A DNA stretch of 53,368 bases from Patescibacteria group bacterium (GTDB lineage: Bacteria > Patescibacteriota > Saccharimonadia > Saccharimonadales > 2-12-FULL-41-12), in NCBI GenBank assembly GCA_038064875.1, contig JBBTSC010000001.1, forward strand, positions 1 to 53,368, in the 5' to 3' direction. This document shows positions 1-8,680 of the stretch, piece after piece. Made by a program: the position numbers and the translations under genes. Every line of letters starts with the position of its first letter. Positions within the stretch are counted from its first letter, which is position 1. The notes under the pieces were generated by a model that searched no databases, was not told the origin of the DNA, and saw nothing but the letters and a program-made list of their open reading frames with translations.

Positions 1-3000
1 CCAGATGAATCTGGAACCCTTTGTATCCAAACTTCTACCAGTTGTGGATTTGCTCCTACTTCAGGCTCAGGTAATTATATCCAAAATCAATACGCATCTC
101 CTCAAGCAGGTGATTTCAGTATTCAAGGGACTTCTGCTGGCAATAGTACTGCTACAATCCAAGGAGCAGTAAATAGCACAGCTACTACTCTGGTAGTACT
201 ACCTGGTTCAAGTCAATCTGGGCCAGTCTTAGATGTCCAGGGCGCTGCTGGCATAAGTGCATTGAGGGTTTCTACCGGTGGTGGGGTTATTATAAATAAT
301 AGTAATCAAGCAGTCACCACTACTGTAAAAAGAACATTAATTGTTGACACAGGTAGCTCAGCAACAGTAGGGCTTATTGTTCAGGGTAGGGCATCTCAGA
401 CGGCAGATCTTTTACAGCTTCAAGATTCTGCAGGAACGATACTCACTTCTTTCGATGCCTCCGGTAAACTTGTCTTTGGCCCATCTGGTTCACAAGACAC
501 CAACCTCTACCGTAGTGCAGCCAATTCGCTCAAGACGGATGATAGTCTATTAGTTCAGACAGCATCAAATTCAACTACTGCCTTTCAGGTCCAAAATACA
601 CTAGGCACAGGCTTATTCACTGCAGACACTTCTGGAATGAAGCTTACTAGTGGAGGGCAGTTAATAGCCCAAACCACTTTTACAAATCTAGAGGTAAATC
701 CAAGCCTAGAAACTAACTTAACGGGTTGGACCTATGATCCAGCAGTTGGAGTCCCTTTCAACTTCAGTCAGACTACTTCATGGTCGTCTTCTGGTACAAC
801 AGCAGGTAGGTATCAAGTAAATGCAGCAGGTTATGGTGATGTCATCACTTCCACAGGAGTGAATGGTTTTCCGGTTACTGTAGGCACAACATATACAGGA
901 CAAGCTGTGTTGAATGTTATTAGTGCCCACAGTTCTGGAGTACAAATAAGGATTAATTGGTACGATGGGTCAGGGGCACTACTTTCAAGTTCTACAAGCT
1001 CTGCTCAAACTGGTACTGGAGTAAAGAACTTATCCGTTACTGCCGTGGCTCCAGCAAGTTCTGCATATGCTTCGTTTTCTCTCGGAGTTCTAACGCCAGG
1101 AGCTAACCAAGACGTACAATTTTATTGGGATTCTGTAATGTTAGTGGCTAATGGTGCAACGCTTGATTATTTTGATGGCAGCATCCCAGGAGCGGTATGG
1201 AATGGTACCGCTCATGCCTCTACCAGCACGCGTAGCTCCATCCTAGGAGGGCTTTCTATATTCAGAAACACAACTAATTCGTCATCTGCCTTTCAGGTTC
1301 AAAACGCAACAGGTACAGACATAATGAACATAGATTCCACTAACTCACAGTTAAGTGTTAGAGGTATAAATAGTATTGCGGTACTGGGTTCAGAATTAGC
1401 TAGCGGAGTGGCTTGTAGTGGTACAAACTGGTCAGGTACCGGCCCATGGACTCACACAGCTGGCTCAACCACTAGTTTGTCATGTAGTCCACCAGCTTCA
1501 GTAACGGCAGGAGCTGTCTATCAAGTTGAATTTACAGTTGGAGGTTCTCCAACCGCAGGCACAACAGTAAGACCTAACATAGGTGGAGCTAATGGAATCT
1601 ATGTAGGTGAAAATAGTAGTGAGTCTCAGCTGATTACCACTAGCAATACTAACGCCTTAATTTTCACCCCATCTTCTAGCTTTAACGGGACAATCAACAG
1701 TATCTCGGTCAAGTTAGTTACCGTATCTAATAATGTGTTGTCTCTGAAAAACAGTGACAATACAGTTGGTTTAGAAATGCGCTCTGGAGGATCTGGCCTC
1801 AGGAATACATTTGTTGGACTTGGTTCAGGAAAAGCAAATATTACTGGCACTGAAAATGTGGCAGTCGGTGATTCATCACTCCTGTACAACACTACCGGTG
1901 TAGAGAATACTGCACTAGGTACTTCAGCCTTGTACTATAACACCACAGGCTACAATAACAGCGCCTCAGGTGCATACTCACTCACTAACAATACAACAGG
2001 CGGAGAAAATACTGCCTCAGGATCCTACTCACTAACTGATAATTCAACCGGTTCTAGAAATACAGCCACAGGGACCTACGCACTGAGCAACAACGAAATA
2101 GGTGATCACAATACAGCAAGTGGCTATAATGCTCTGGGCTCCAGCTCAACAGGGTCTTATAACACAGCCACCGGTTACTATGCGCTTGCATCCAACACGT
2201 TAGGCTCTTACAACACAGCCTTAGGCTATCAAGCTGGCAACACTGACGGTGGTTTTGCTACATTATCCAATCTCCAAGAAGCAAGTGCGATTGGATCATA
2301 TGCTCAAGTACAACAGAGTAACAGCTTGGTCCTTGGCAGAACGGCCACAGGTTCTAATCAGACAAATGTAGGTATTGGCACCACAGCCCCGACTAACCTC
2401 TTTAGTGTTTCGCCGATCTACTATAACACTGGTACGGCCTCACAATCCGGCACTACAATAACAGGATCTGGCACTACATGGACTAGCAGTATGGTTGGTA
2501 TGGAGTTTATTTTTGCCGATGGTACTAAAAGGACTATCACAGCATTTGGTAGCACTACTAGCCTAACAGTAGGCACATCAGGCACTGTTGGCTCTCAGAA
2601 TTACCGTATTCATAATCCAGCTTTCTATGTTACTAATACAGGATCTGTCTCTACGCGTAGTTCAACTAACTCAACCACAGCATTCCAAGTTCAAAATGCG
2701 GCTGGATCATCTCTGCTTAATATAGATACAACAAATAATAAGATAACAATTGGTGGCAATAACTCTGGTGAATTAAATACTTGGGCCTCTACTACTTCTT
2801 TGCCAGTCTCTAATCCTAGAGCCTACCACCCAACCGTTACAGCAAATGGCTACATGTACGTAATAGGTGGTTGGGACGATGTTTCTGCTAAAAGTACAGT
2901 GTACTACGCCAAGGTTGGTGTTGACGGAACAGTCGGTAGTTGGCAGACTAACGCAAATGCTTTGCCAATAGCAATAGGGGATAACGCTGCAGTGGTTGCC

Positions 3001-5229
3001 AATGGACATGTATATGTTTTGGGTGGCTACAATGGTTCTTATTTGGATACAGTCTACTACGCCAAGCTTAACGCCGATGGTTCCACAGGTGCTTGGCAAA
3101 CTACTACAAACCTTCCTGCTGTCAGACATTTGCCTACGGCAGTCACAGCTAATGGATATATATACTTACTAGGCGGTAAAGATTCAGGAAGTGTTTTCCA
3201 AAATAGTGTTTACTACGCTAAACTTAACGCCGACGGAACAGTCGGCTCTTGGGCAACAACCAACACGTTTACAACAGCTAGAGACGCACATACATCAGTC
3301 ACAGCTAATGGATACATATATGTGATTGGAGGAGAGAATCCTGCCTTGACCCCACTTACTTCTGTACAATATGCACAGCTTAACGCTGATGGAACAGTCG
3401 GTAGCTGGAGTGCTACTACTGCATTATCCACTGCGTTAGCGGGGCATGCCTCCGTTGTAGCCAATGGATACATATATGCTATGGGTGGCTATAATGGCAC
3501 TGCTAGTTCTTCTGTATATTATGCTAGGCTCAATTCTAATGGAACAATTGGATCATGGACTACAGCGACAACTACCTTACCTGCAGCTAGAGGTTTCTTC
3601 TCAGGAGTAACAACAAATGGCTACTTATATACTTTGGGTGGGCTGAATGCTTCAGGTAATTCACAGCGCGATGTTTACTACACTTCAACTCAACGTATTT
3701 TGATGGGCGGATCACTTGATCTAGTTGGCTTAGGTGTTGGCAACTTGTCTGATGGAGAATCAGGCTTAGGTGGATCACTAACAGCAGGTAACACCAACAT
3801 AATAGGCTCTCTTGATGTTAGAGGAGCCACTAATCTAGGTGCAGGGGTGAATGTGACTGGTAATTCCAATTTCAATCTATTATGGAATACAGGATTTAAT
3901 ATCCAAGATGCTGCTGGTAATTCAATGCTTAAGGCCATAAATGATCCAAATGGTAGCCATATAGAGATAGGTCATTCTTATCTAAGCCTTTCTGGTGTGC
4001 CGACTCCGGTAAACCCAACTGTAGCCAGTGCTAATGATGCCGGTGCGACTTTAGCTGTCGATACCTATTACTACAGAGTTGCATCGTATGACATTTCTGG
4101 ACTTCAGAGTGTTGCTATAGCGACGACTCCAGTTTCTATAACAAATCCTGATACTACAACCAGGCACACTGTATCTTGGACTCCTGTGGCAGGAGCTGCT
4201 GGGTATGTTGTTGATAGATCCTCTGACGGTGGAGCTACCTTTACCAGAGAAGACGTAGGTAATGTATCTTCTATAATCGACAATGGCATCACCTATGATT
4301 GGGTTAGTAGTGATTATGCAGCTAATGGTAGGATTGGTTATTCATCAAGTGTTACTCTGCAAGATGCAGGCGCCGTATTCTTTGATATTGATAACTATAC
4401 TTATATAAATAAAAACCAGTCTAGGAGTAGCCTTGATATTATCAACTTATCAGGAGATGTACAGATGGTGGGTGATAACCTTGTGTTCCAAAGCACGAGT
4501 ACATACCAAGACTTGTTTGGAATAACAACTGCTGGAGAAGCTTGGTTTGGTGTCGAAGGTGCAGATTCTGCTACAGCATTTAATATACAAAGTGACAGTG
4601 ATGCTAACTTATTCGTTGTTAACAGTGTGACGAGCAGGGTTCACATAGGAGATCCAACTGCTGATGCTAATGCAGTTCAGTTAGTATTAGATAGCAAAAA
4701 TACTTCTGGTGACCCGACAGGAGTTGATGGTGCGATGTACTATAATTCCAACGCAGGTAGATTCAGGTGTTACGAAGCCGGTGCGTGGAAAGAATGTAAC
4801 CACAGAACAGTAGTTAGACTTGGTAGCGATCAAGGAAACTCCAATGCTGTTGCCGACACCATGGAAGACGTTACGGGGCTATCTTGGAACGTTACCGCGA
4901 ACACTATGTATTCATTCAGCTGTACCATTTACTACACATCAGCAGCCACTACAACAGGATCAAGGTGGGCTATAAATGGCCCGGCAGGAAGTGGAATGAT
5001 GCAATCAGAGTATACTCTTACATCTACAACCTCAACACGTAACTCCATGGTTCAAGCATATGATTCACCGGGCGCCTCAAATGCCTCGTCTGCCTCTGGC
5101 ACGAACCTCGCTACTCTAAATGGATTCGTATTGCCAACGTCTAATGGAACGATAATAGTTAGACATGCATCTGAAGTCTCAGGATCAGCTATTACTGCTA
5201 AGGCAGGCAGTAACTGCGAGTGGTGGTAA
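1..5229 (+). CDS. Giant modular surface/adhesin-like protein, 5'-truncated (>1740 aa). Contains a CBM-like beta-sandwich, 17-aa beta-roll repeats, a Kelch propeller, an Fn3-like domain and a C-terminal fibre-tip-like domain
   Basis: Frame +1 is open from base 1 (PDESGTLCIQTSTSCGF...) into the listed 262..5229 ORF, so the true start lies upstream of the window. The protein is Ser/Thr/Gly/Asn-rich, with recurring NSTTAFQVQN linkers and internal repeat blocks. Confidence 0.8.
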   Translation, partial: PDESGTLCIQTSTSCGFAPTSGSGNYIQNQYASPQAGDFSIQGTSAGNSTATIQGAVNSTATTLVVLPGSSQSGPVLDVQGAAGISALRVSTGGGVIINNSNQAVTTTVKRTLIVDTGSSATVGLIVQGRASQTADLLQLQDSAGTILTSFDASGKLVFGPSGSQDTNLYRSAANSLKTDDSLLVQTASNSTTAFQVQNTLGTGLFTADTSGMKLTSGGQLIAQTTFTNLEVNPSLETNLTGWTYDPAVGVPFNFSQTTSWSSSGTTAGRYQVNAAGYGDVITSTGVNGFPVTVGTTYTGQAVLNVISAHSSGVQIRINWYDGSGALLSSSTSSAQTGTGVKNLSVTAVAPASSAYASFSLGVLTPGANQDVQFYWDSVMLVANGATLDYFDGSIPGAVWNGTAHASTSTRSSILGGLSIFRNTTNSSSAFQVQNATGTDIMNIDSTNSQLSVRGINSIAVLGSELASGVACSGTNWSGTGPWTHTAGSTTSLSCSPPASVTAGAVYQVEFTVGGSPTAGTTVRPNIGGANGIYVGENSSESQLITTSNTNALIFTPSSSFNGTINSISVKLVTVSNNVLSLKNSDNTVGLEMRSGGSGLRNTFVGLGSGKANITGTENVAVGDSSLLYNTTGVENTALGTSALYYNTTGYNNSASGAYSLTNNTTGGENTASGSYSLTDNSTGSRNTATGTYALSNNEIGDHNTASGYNALGSSSTGSYNTATGYYALASNTLGSYNTALGYQAGNTDGGFATLSNLQEASAIGSYAQVQQSNSLVLGRTATGSNQTNVGIGTTAPTNLFSVSPIYYNTGTASQSGTTITGSGTTWTSSMVGMEFIFADGTKRTITAFGSTTSLTVGTSGTVGSQNYRIHNPAFYVTNTGSVSTRSSTNSTTAFQVQNAAGSSLLNIDTTNNKITIGGNNSGELNTWASTTSLPVSNPRAYHPTVTANGYMYVIGGWDDVSAKSTVYYAKVGVDGTVGSWQTNANALPIAIGDNAAVVANGHVYVLGGYNGSYLDTVYYAKLNADGSTGAWQTTTNLPAVRHLPTAVTANGYIYLLGGKDSGSVFQNSVYYAKLNADGTVGSWATTNTFTTARDAHTSVTANGYIYVIGGENPALTPLTSVQYAQLNADGTVGSWSATTALSTALAGHASVVANGYIYAMGGYNGTASSSVYYARLNSNGTIGSWTTATTTLPAARGFFSGVTTNGYLYTLGGLNASGNSQRDVYYTSTQRILMGGSLDLVGLGVGNLSDGESGLGGSLTAGNTNIIGSLDVRGATNLGAGVNVTGNSNFNLLWNTGFNIQDAAGNSMLKAINDPNGSHIEIGHSYLSLSGVPTPVNPTVASANDAGATLAVDTYYYRVASYDISGLQSVAIATTPVSITNPDTTTRHTVSWTPVAGAAGYVVDRSSDGGATFTREDVGNVSSIIDNGITYDWVSSDYAANGRIGYSSSVTLQDAGAVFFDIDNYTYINKNQSRSSLDIINLSGDVQMVGDNLVFQSTSTYQDLFGITTAGEAWFGVEGADSATAFNIQSDSDANLFVVNSVTSRVHIGDPTADANAVQLVLDSKNTSGDPTGVDGAMYYNSNAGRFRCYEAGAWKECNHRTVVRLGSDQGNSNAVADTMEDVTGLSWNVTANTMYSFSCTIYYTSAATTTGSRWAINGPAGSGMMQSEYTLTSTTSTRNSMVQAYDSPGASNASSASGTNLATLNGFVLPTSNGTIIVRHASEVSGSAITAKAGSNCEWW
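1801..2238 (+). repeat. About 8-9 tandem 17-aa repeats (xxNTAxGxxALxxNTTG), beta-roll/YadA-head-like
   Basis: Translated units TENVAVGDSSLLYNTTG, VENTALGTSALYYNTTG, YNNSASGAYSLTNNTTG, GENTASGSYSLTDNSTG and others. Confidence 0.85.
2770..3690 (+). repeat. Six Kelch repeats (about 52-54 aa period) forming a beta-propeller
   Basis: Repeated (A/T)NGY(I/M)YxxGG...(V)YYA(K/R)LNxDGTxGxW units. DNA-level near-identities: GA(C/T)GGAACAGTCGG at 2923, 3232 and 3388; CAGTCACAGCTAATGGATA at 3140 and 3296. Confidence 0.9.
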
Positions 5230-5232
5230 CCC

Positions 5233-5739
5233 TTAGAAGTTTTCGATGAACTTAGTAAGAGTTGCTTCGTCTATTGCACCTGTTCCACTAACACTCAGTA
5301 GTGTATGATCCGTTATAATAATGCCTCTAGACTTATCACCCAATTCCGCTACATATCCTTTACCATAGCTAATCTCTATGTCTTTACTGCCTGACAGAAT
5401 ATCAGAATTAAAATCCGTTGGTTTCTTTTGCTGAGTAACTACTATTGTATTGTTTCCTGATTTGTAAAAGCTGGTAACAATACCACCAGATGATTTAATA
5501 GATTCGCCTTGTAGTTGAAAGTCATTACTTATTTTTTTAGGATATAAAATAGGAAAGTCTTGGGTCTTCTGAACAGACGAGAATTGTTCTTTATAAGGAT
5601 TATTTTTTTGCGATTTTATAAACAGTAGTAAGGTTGCGGAAGATATAATTATGATTACAGATGTGAGAAGACCTATAGTAAATACTTTAGATTGTTTGGT
5701 CCTGGTTGGGTTTTGGCCTAGGATACTTCTCTCTTCCAT
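5233..5739 (-). CDS. Hypothetical membrane-anchored extracellular protein (DUF4367-like, tentative)
   Basis: 168 aa with one N-terminal TM helix (IGLLTSVIIIISSATLLLFI) followed by a soluble domain. Confidence 0.55.
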   Translation of the reverse strand: MEERSILGQNPTRTKQSKVFTIGLLTSVIIIISSATLLLFIKSQKNNPYKEQFSSVQKTQDFPILYPKKISNDFQLQGESIKSSGGIVTSFYKSGNNTIVVTQQKKPTDFNSDILSGSKDIEISYGKGYVAELGDKSRGIIITDHTLLSVSGTGAIDEATLTKFIENF

Positions 5740-5796
5740 AACTAAATACTAGCGTGAACACATAGGTGGGTGCAAATTATAGTGACTCCTTAGATA

Positions 5797-5825
5797 TTGT
5801 CAAACAACGGTGTAACTGCTATAAT
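5797..5825 (+). promoter_or_regulatory. Sigma70-type promoter of rplU
   Basis: TTGTCA (5797-5802), 17-nt spacer, TG-c-TATAAT (5817-5825). SD-like AAAGGAAAG precedes ATG 5878. Confidence 0.7.
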
Positions 5826-5877
5826 GAGACTCAACTTAAAAGTATTTCAACATTTAGTGAGAAAAGGAAAGATTTAG

Positions 5878-6186
5878 ATGAGCAAAGCAGTTATTGCTAC
5901 TGGTGGCAAACAGTACTTGGTAGAGACAGGTGAGACCCTTGAGGTTGAACTACTTAAATCAAAGGACAAGAAAGTGTCATTTGACCCGCTACTTGTGTTT
6001 GACGGCAAAGATGTAAAGGTTGGTAAGCCTACCGTTAAGGATGCCAAAGTAACAGCAGAGATCATCAATCAGGATAAACAGACCGATAAAGTCACTTCAA
6101 TCCGCTATAAAGCTAAAAAACGTGTACGAAAAGTCCGCGGACATCGACAGCACAAAACTACGATCAAAATCACAAGCATCAAATAA
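5878..6186 (+). CDS. rplU: 50S ribosomal protein L21
   Basis: AVIATGGKQYLV ... RKVRGHRQHKT motifs, 102 aa. Confidence 0.97.
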   Translation: MSKAVIATGGKQYLVETGETLEVELLKSKDKKVSFDPLLVFDGKDVKVGKPTVKDAKVTAEIINQDKQTDKVTSIRYKAKKRVRKVRGHRQHKTTIKITSIK

Positions 6187-6233
6187 TAGAAGATAGAAAA
6201 GCTTTTACCAGAAGAGCGGGGAATATTTGTGTG

Positions 6234-6273
6234 ATAATACTAGTATTATACAGCTAGTAATATAGTACTATAT
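6234..6273. promoter_or_regulatory. Two adjacent perfect palindromes upstream of parA (putative operator sites)
   Basis: ATAATACTAGTATTAT (6234-6249, 16 bp) and ATATAGTACTATAT (6260-6273, 14 bp) each equal their own reverse complement. Confidence 0.45.
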
Positions 6274-6338
6274 ACTGATTGAGCTTTTCTTGTAGGGTTT
6301 GTAGCAGTTATGCTAATCTATAGGCAGACGAGGGGAAA

Positions 6339-7121
6339 ATGAAAAAGCCAAAAGTAATATCAATAATTAATCAAAAAGGTGGAGTAGGCAAGACTACAAG
6401 TGCGGTTAATATCGCTAGCTACTTGGTTAAGAGCAAATACAAGGTATTGGTAGTTGATGCTGATCCACAGGCAAATGCCACAAGCGGACTTGGCATCAAT
6501 AAAGACAGTGTCAGAACTTCGCTGTATGATTTTTTGATTGGTGACGTAAAAACTTCTGATGTTATTTTTAGCTCAGATATTGAAAACCTGGATGTTCTGG
6601 TAGCAAATCCTGCACTTGCAAGTCTGGACTATGATTTGGCGGGGAAAGACAGAAGAGAGTTTGTTATGAAAAATAAGCTCGCTGATAGAGAACTTGCTAA
6701 ATATGACTATATACTTATAGACTGCCCGCCGTCACTAGGGATGCTAACTGTAAATAGTTTGACTGCGTCTGACTACATACTTATTCCAGTCCAAGCAGAG
6801 TACTATGCGCTTGAAGGTTTGAGCCAACTTCTTCAAGTAGTGCAAGTTGTGAGTAAAAATTATAATCCAGAGCTTGAAATTGTTGGTGTGCTGGTGACCA
6901 TGTATGACAAAAGAACAGTTCTCAGCGATCAGGTCTATAAAGAATTAACGAGTTATTTTAAGTCCAAAGTCTTTAAATCTGTAATCCCTAGAAATGTGAA
7001 GCTTGCTGAAGCTCCGAGTTTTGGAAAGCCAATTTCAGAACATGACAGATGGAGTAAAGGCGCGAGAGCTTATAAATCTCTAACGAAAGAACTCATTAAT
7101 AGAATAGGAGACGGGGCATGA
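6339..7121 (+). CDS. parA: Chromosome partitioning ATPase ParA/Soj
   Basis: Deviant Walker A KGGVGKTT, VDADPQANAT, IDCPPSLG, IPRNVKLAEAPSFG. Confidence 0.96.
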   Translation: MKKPKVISIINQKGGVGKTTSAVNIASYLVKSKYKVLVVDADPQANATSGLGINKDSVRTSLYDFLIGDVKTSDVIFSSDIENLDVLVANPALASLDYDLAGKDRREFVMKNKLADRELAKYDYILIDCPPSLGMLTVNSLTASDYILIPVQAEYYALEGLSQLLQVVQVVSKNYNPELEIVGVLVTMYDKRTVLSDQVYKELTSYFKSKVFKSVIPRNVKLAEAPSFGKPISEHDRWSKGARAYKSLTKELINRIGDGA

Positions 7122-7978
7122 GTAAAGGTTTGGGCAAACAATTTGGCAGTTTGATGCCAGATAACTTTGACGATAGTATCTTGGTAGATAAGAAAGATAG
7201 AGTAAAGAACTTGCTCATATCAGATATTTTTCCAAACCCTGACCAACCGAGAAGAGACTTTGAGGCCGAGTCTATAAAAGAGCTTGCCCAATCAATTAAA
7301 CAGTATGGTATTTTGCAACCACTGATAGTAACTCCAGAGGGTGGTAAATATATGATTATCGCTGGAGAGCGTAGATTTAGGGCCGCAAGTTTAGCAAATC
7401 TGGAATTTTTGCCTGCATTGATTCGATCAAGTGAGGAGCTAGAACGCTTAGAGATCGGGCTTATTGAGAATGTCCAGAGAGTTGATCTCTCACCGCTTGA
7501 CCAAGCTGTCTCGATTGCGCGTTTAAATGAACAATTTAACGTGGATTATAAGGAAGTTGCCAAACGCCTAGGTAAGGCACACACGTCTATTCTTAATATT
7601 GTCAGATTACTCCAACTTACTGATGAAGCCAAAAAGGCGCTCTCCGAAGGTAAAATAACAGAGGGTCATGCCAAAGCGTTGCTTGCCATTAAGGATAATC
7701 CAGAATTGCTCAACACAATACTGCAGAAAGTGTTGAAAGGTAAGTTAAGTGTTCGAAGTACGGAGAGTTTGGTCAAACAGACTACTACTGAAAATAAAAT
7801 CAAGGCCAGTAAAAAGACAAATGACGACTATAAAGAAAAGCTAAAGCCACTTCAGAGTATCTTTGGGTCTAAAGTTGCTATTGCGAATAAGTCTCGGGGC
7901 AAGGGAATGGTGACTATAAGTTTTCAGAACAAAAAAGAGCTTGAAAAAATAATAGCCCTTCTGAGCTCAGTCAAATAA
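7118..7978 (+). CDS. parB: ParB/Spo0J partition protein
   Basis: NPDQPRRDF, IIAGERRFRA box, IENVQRVDL. Overlaps parA by ATGA. Confidence 0.96.
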   Translation: MSKGLGKQFGSLMPDNFDDSILVDKKDRVKNLLISDIFPNPDQPRRDFEAESIKELAQSIKQYGILQPLIVTPEGGKYMIIAGERRFRAASLANLEFLPALIRSSEELERLEIGLIENVQRVDLSPLDQAVSIARLNEQFNVDYKEVAKRLGKAHTSILNIVRLLQLTDEAKKALSEGKITEGHAKALLAIKDNPELLNTILQKVLKGKLSVRSTESLVKQTTTENKIKASKKTNDDYKEKLKPLQSIFGSKVAIANKSRGKGMVTISFQNKKELEKIIALLSSVK

Positions 7979-7982
7979 TTAG

Positions 7983-8579
7983 CTAGAAATGTTTTGTTTT
8001 TCCAAATGGGTAGATTCTGAAGGTGGCTTTGCCAACTATGTCACTTTCTGGAACAGTACCAAATACTCTTGAATCAAGTGAATTGCTCCGGTTGTCGCCA
8101 AGTACAAAAACTTCGCCTTCACCAACAGTCTCATCAATACTCCCAGATGTAATGCTGACTGTGGTTGTGTTTTTTTCTGGTCCCTCTCTGTCTACACTAA
8201 ATCCTTCAGGATTATCTTTGTTATAAATAGTGACCAAGCCTTCTTTTATGACGATTCTATCACCTGGCAAACCAATTACCCTCTTTATCAGTTGTTTGCT
8301 CTCGACAGCTCCTAGGCTATAGGCGTCTTTGTGGTTAAATACAATAATATCGTATCTCTTTGGTATGTAATCCTGTGTTGTTATTCTCGAGAAGGTCTTT
8401 TTATACTTGACCACAATAAGCCGATCTTTGTTGTGCATGGTTGTTTCCATGCTTGAACCTTCTACAACATAGGATTGGAATACGAATACTGTTAGCAACC
8501 AAGCCAAGAGTGGCGCAGATACTAAAATGAGTAGGGTAGACAGTAAATCTTTGTGTTCTTTTATAAAATTCTGCATCAT
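7983..8579 (-). CDS. lepB: Signal peptidase I
   Basis: GSSMETT (catalytic Ser), IKRVIGLPGD (catalytic Lys), GDNRSNSLDSR; one TM anchor. Confidence 0.95.
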   Translation of the reverse strand: MMQNFIKEHKDLLSTLLILVSAPLLAWLLTVFVFQSYVVEGSSMETTMHNKDRLIVVKYKKTFSRITTQDYIPKRYDIIVFNHKDAYSLGAVESKQLIKRVIGLPGDRIVIKEGLVTIYNKDNPEGFSVDREGPEKNTTTVSITSGSIDETVGEGEVFVLGDNRSNSLDSRVFGTVPESDIVGKATFRIYPFGKTKHF

Positions 8580-8680
8580 CTATTACTGAACTATTATATA
8601 GGAGATGACTTAATAAACATAAAAACTATTGAAGTTTCATATTGGAGACTAAATAGTCTATAATAAGGCTTTATAATCTT

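Noticed and set aside
1-5229. Diversity-generating retroelement target or prophage tail-fibre gene
   Set aside because: No reverse transcriptase, no TR/VR repeat pair with adenine-specific mismatches, and no phage structural or integrase genes in the window. The context is chromosomal housekeeping
5740-8680. oriC or canonical parS near parAB
   Set aside because: No DnaA-box cluster (TTATCCACA) and no TGTTTCACGTGAAACA-like site seen; dnaA and dnaN are absent from the window
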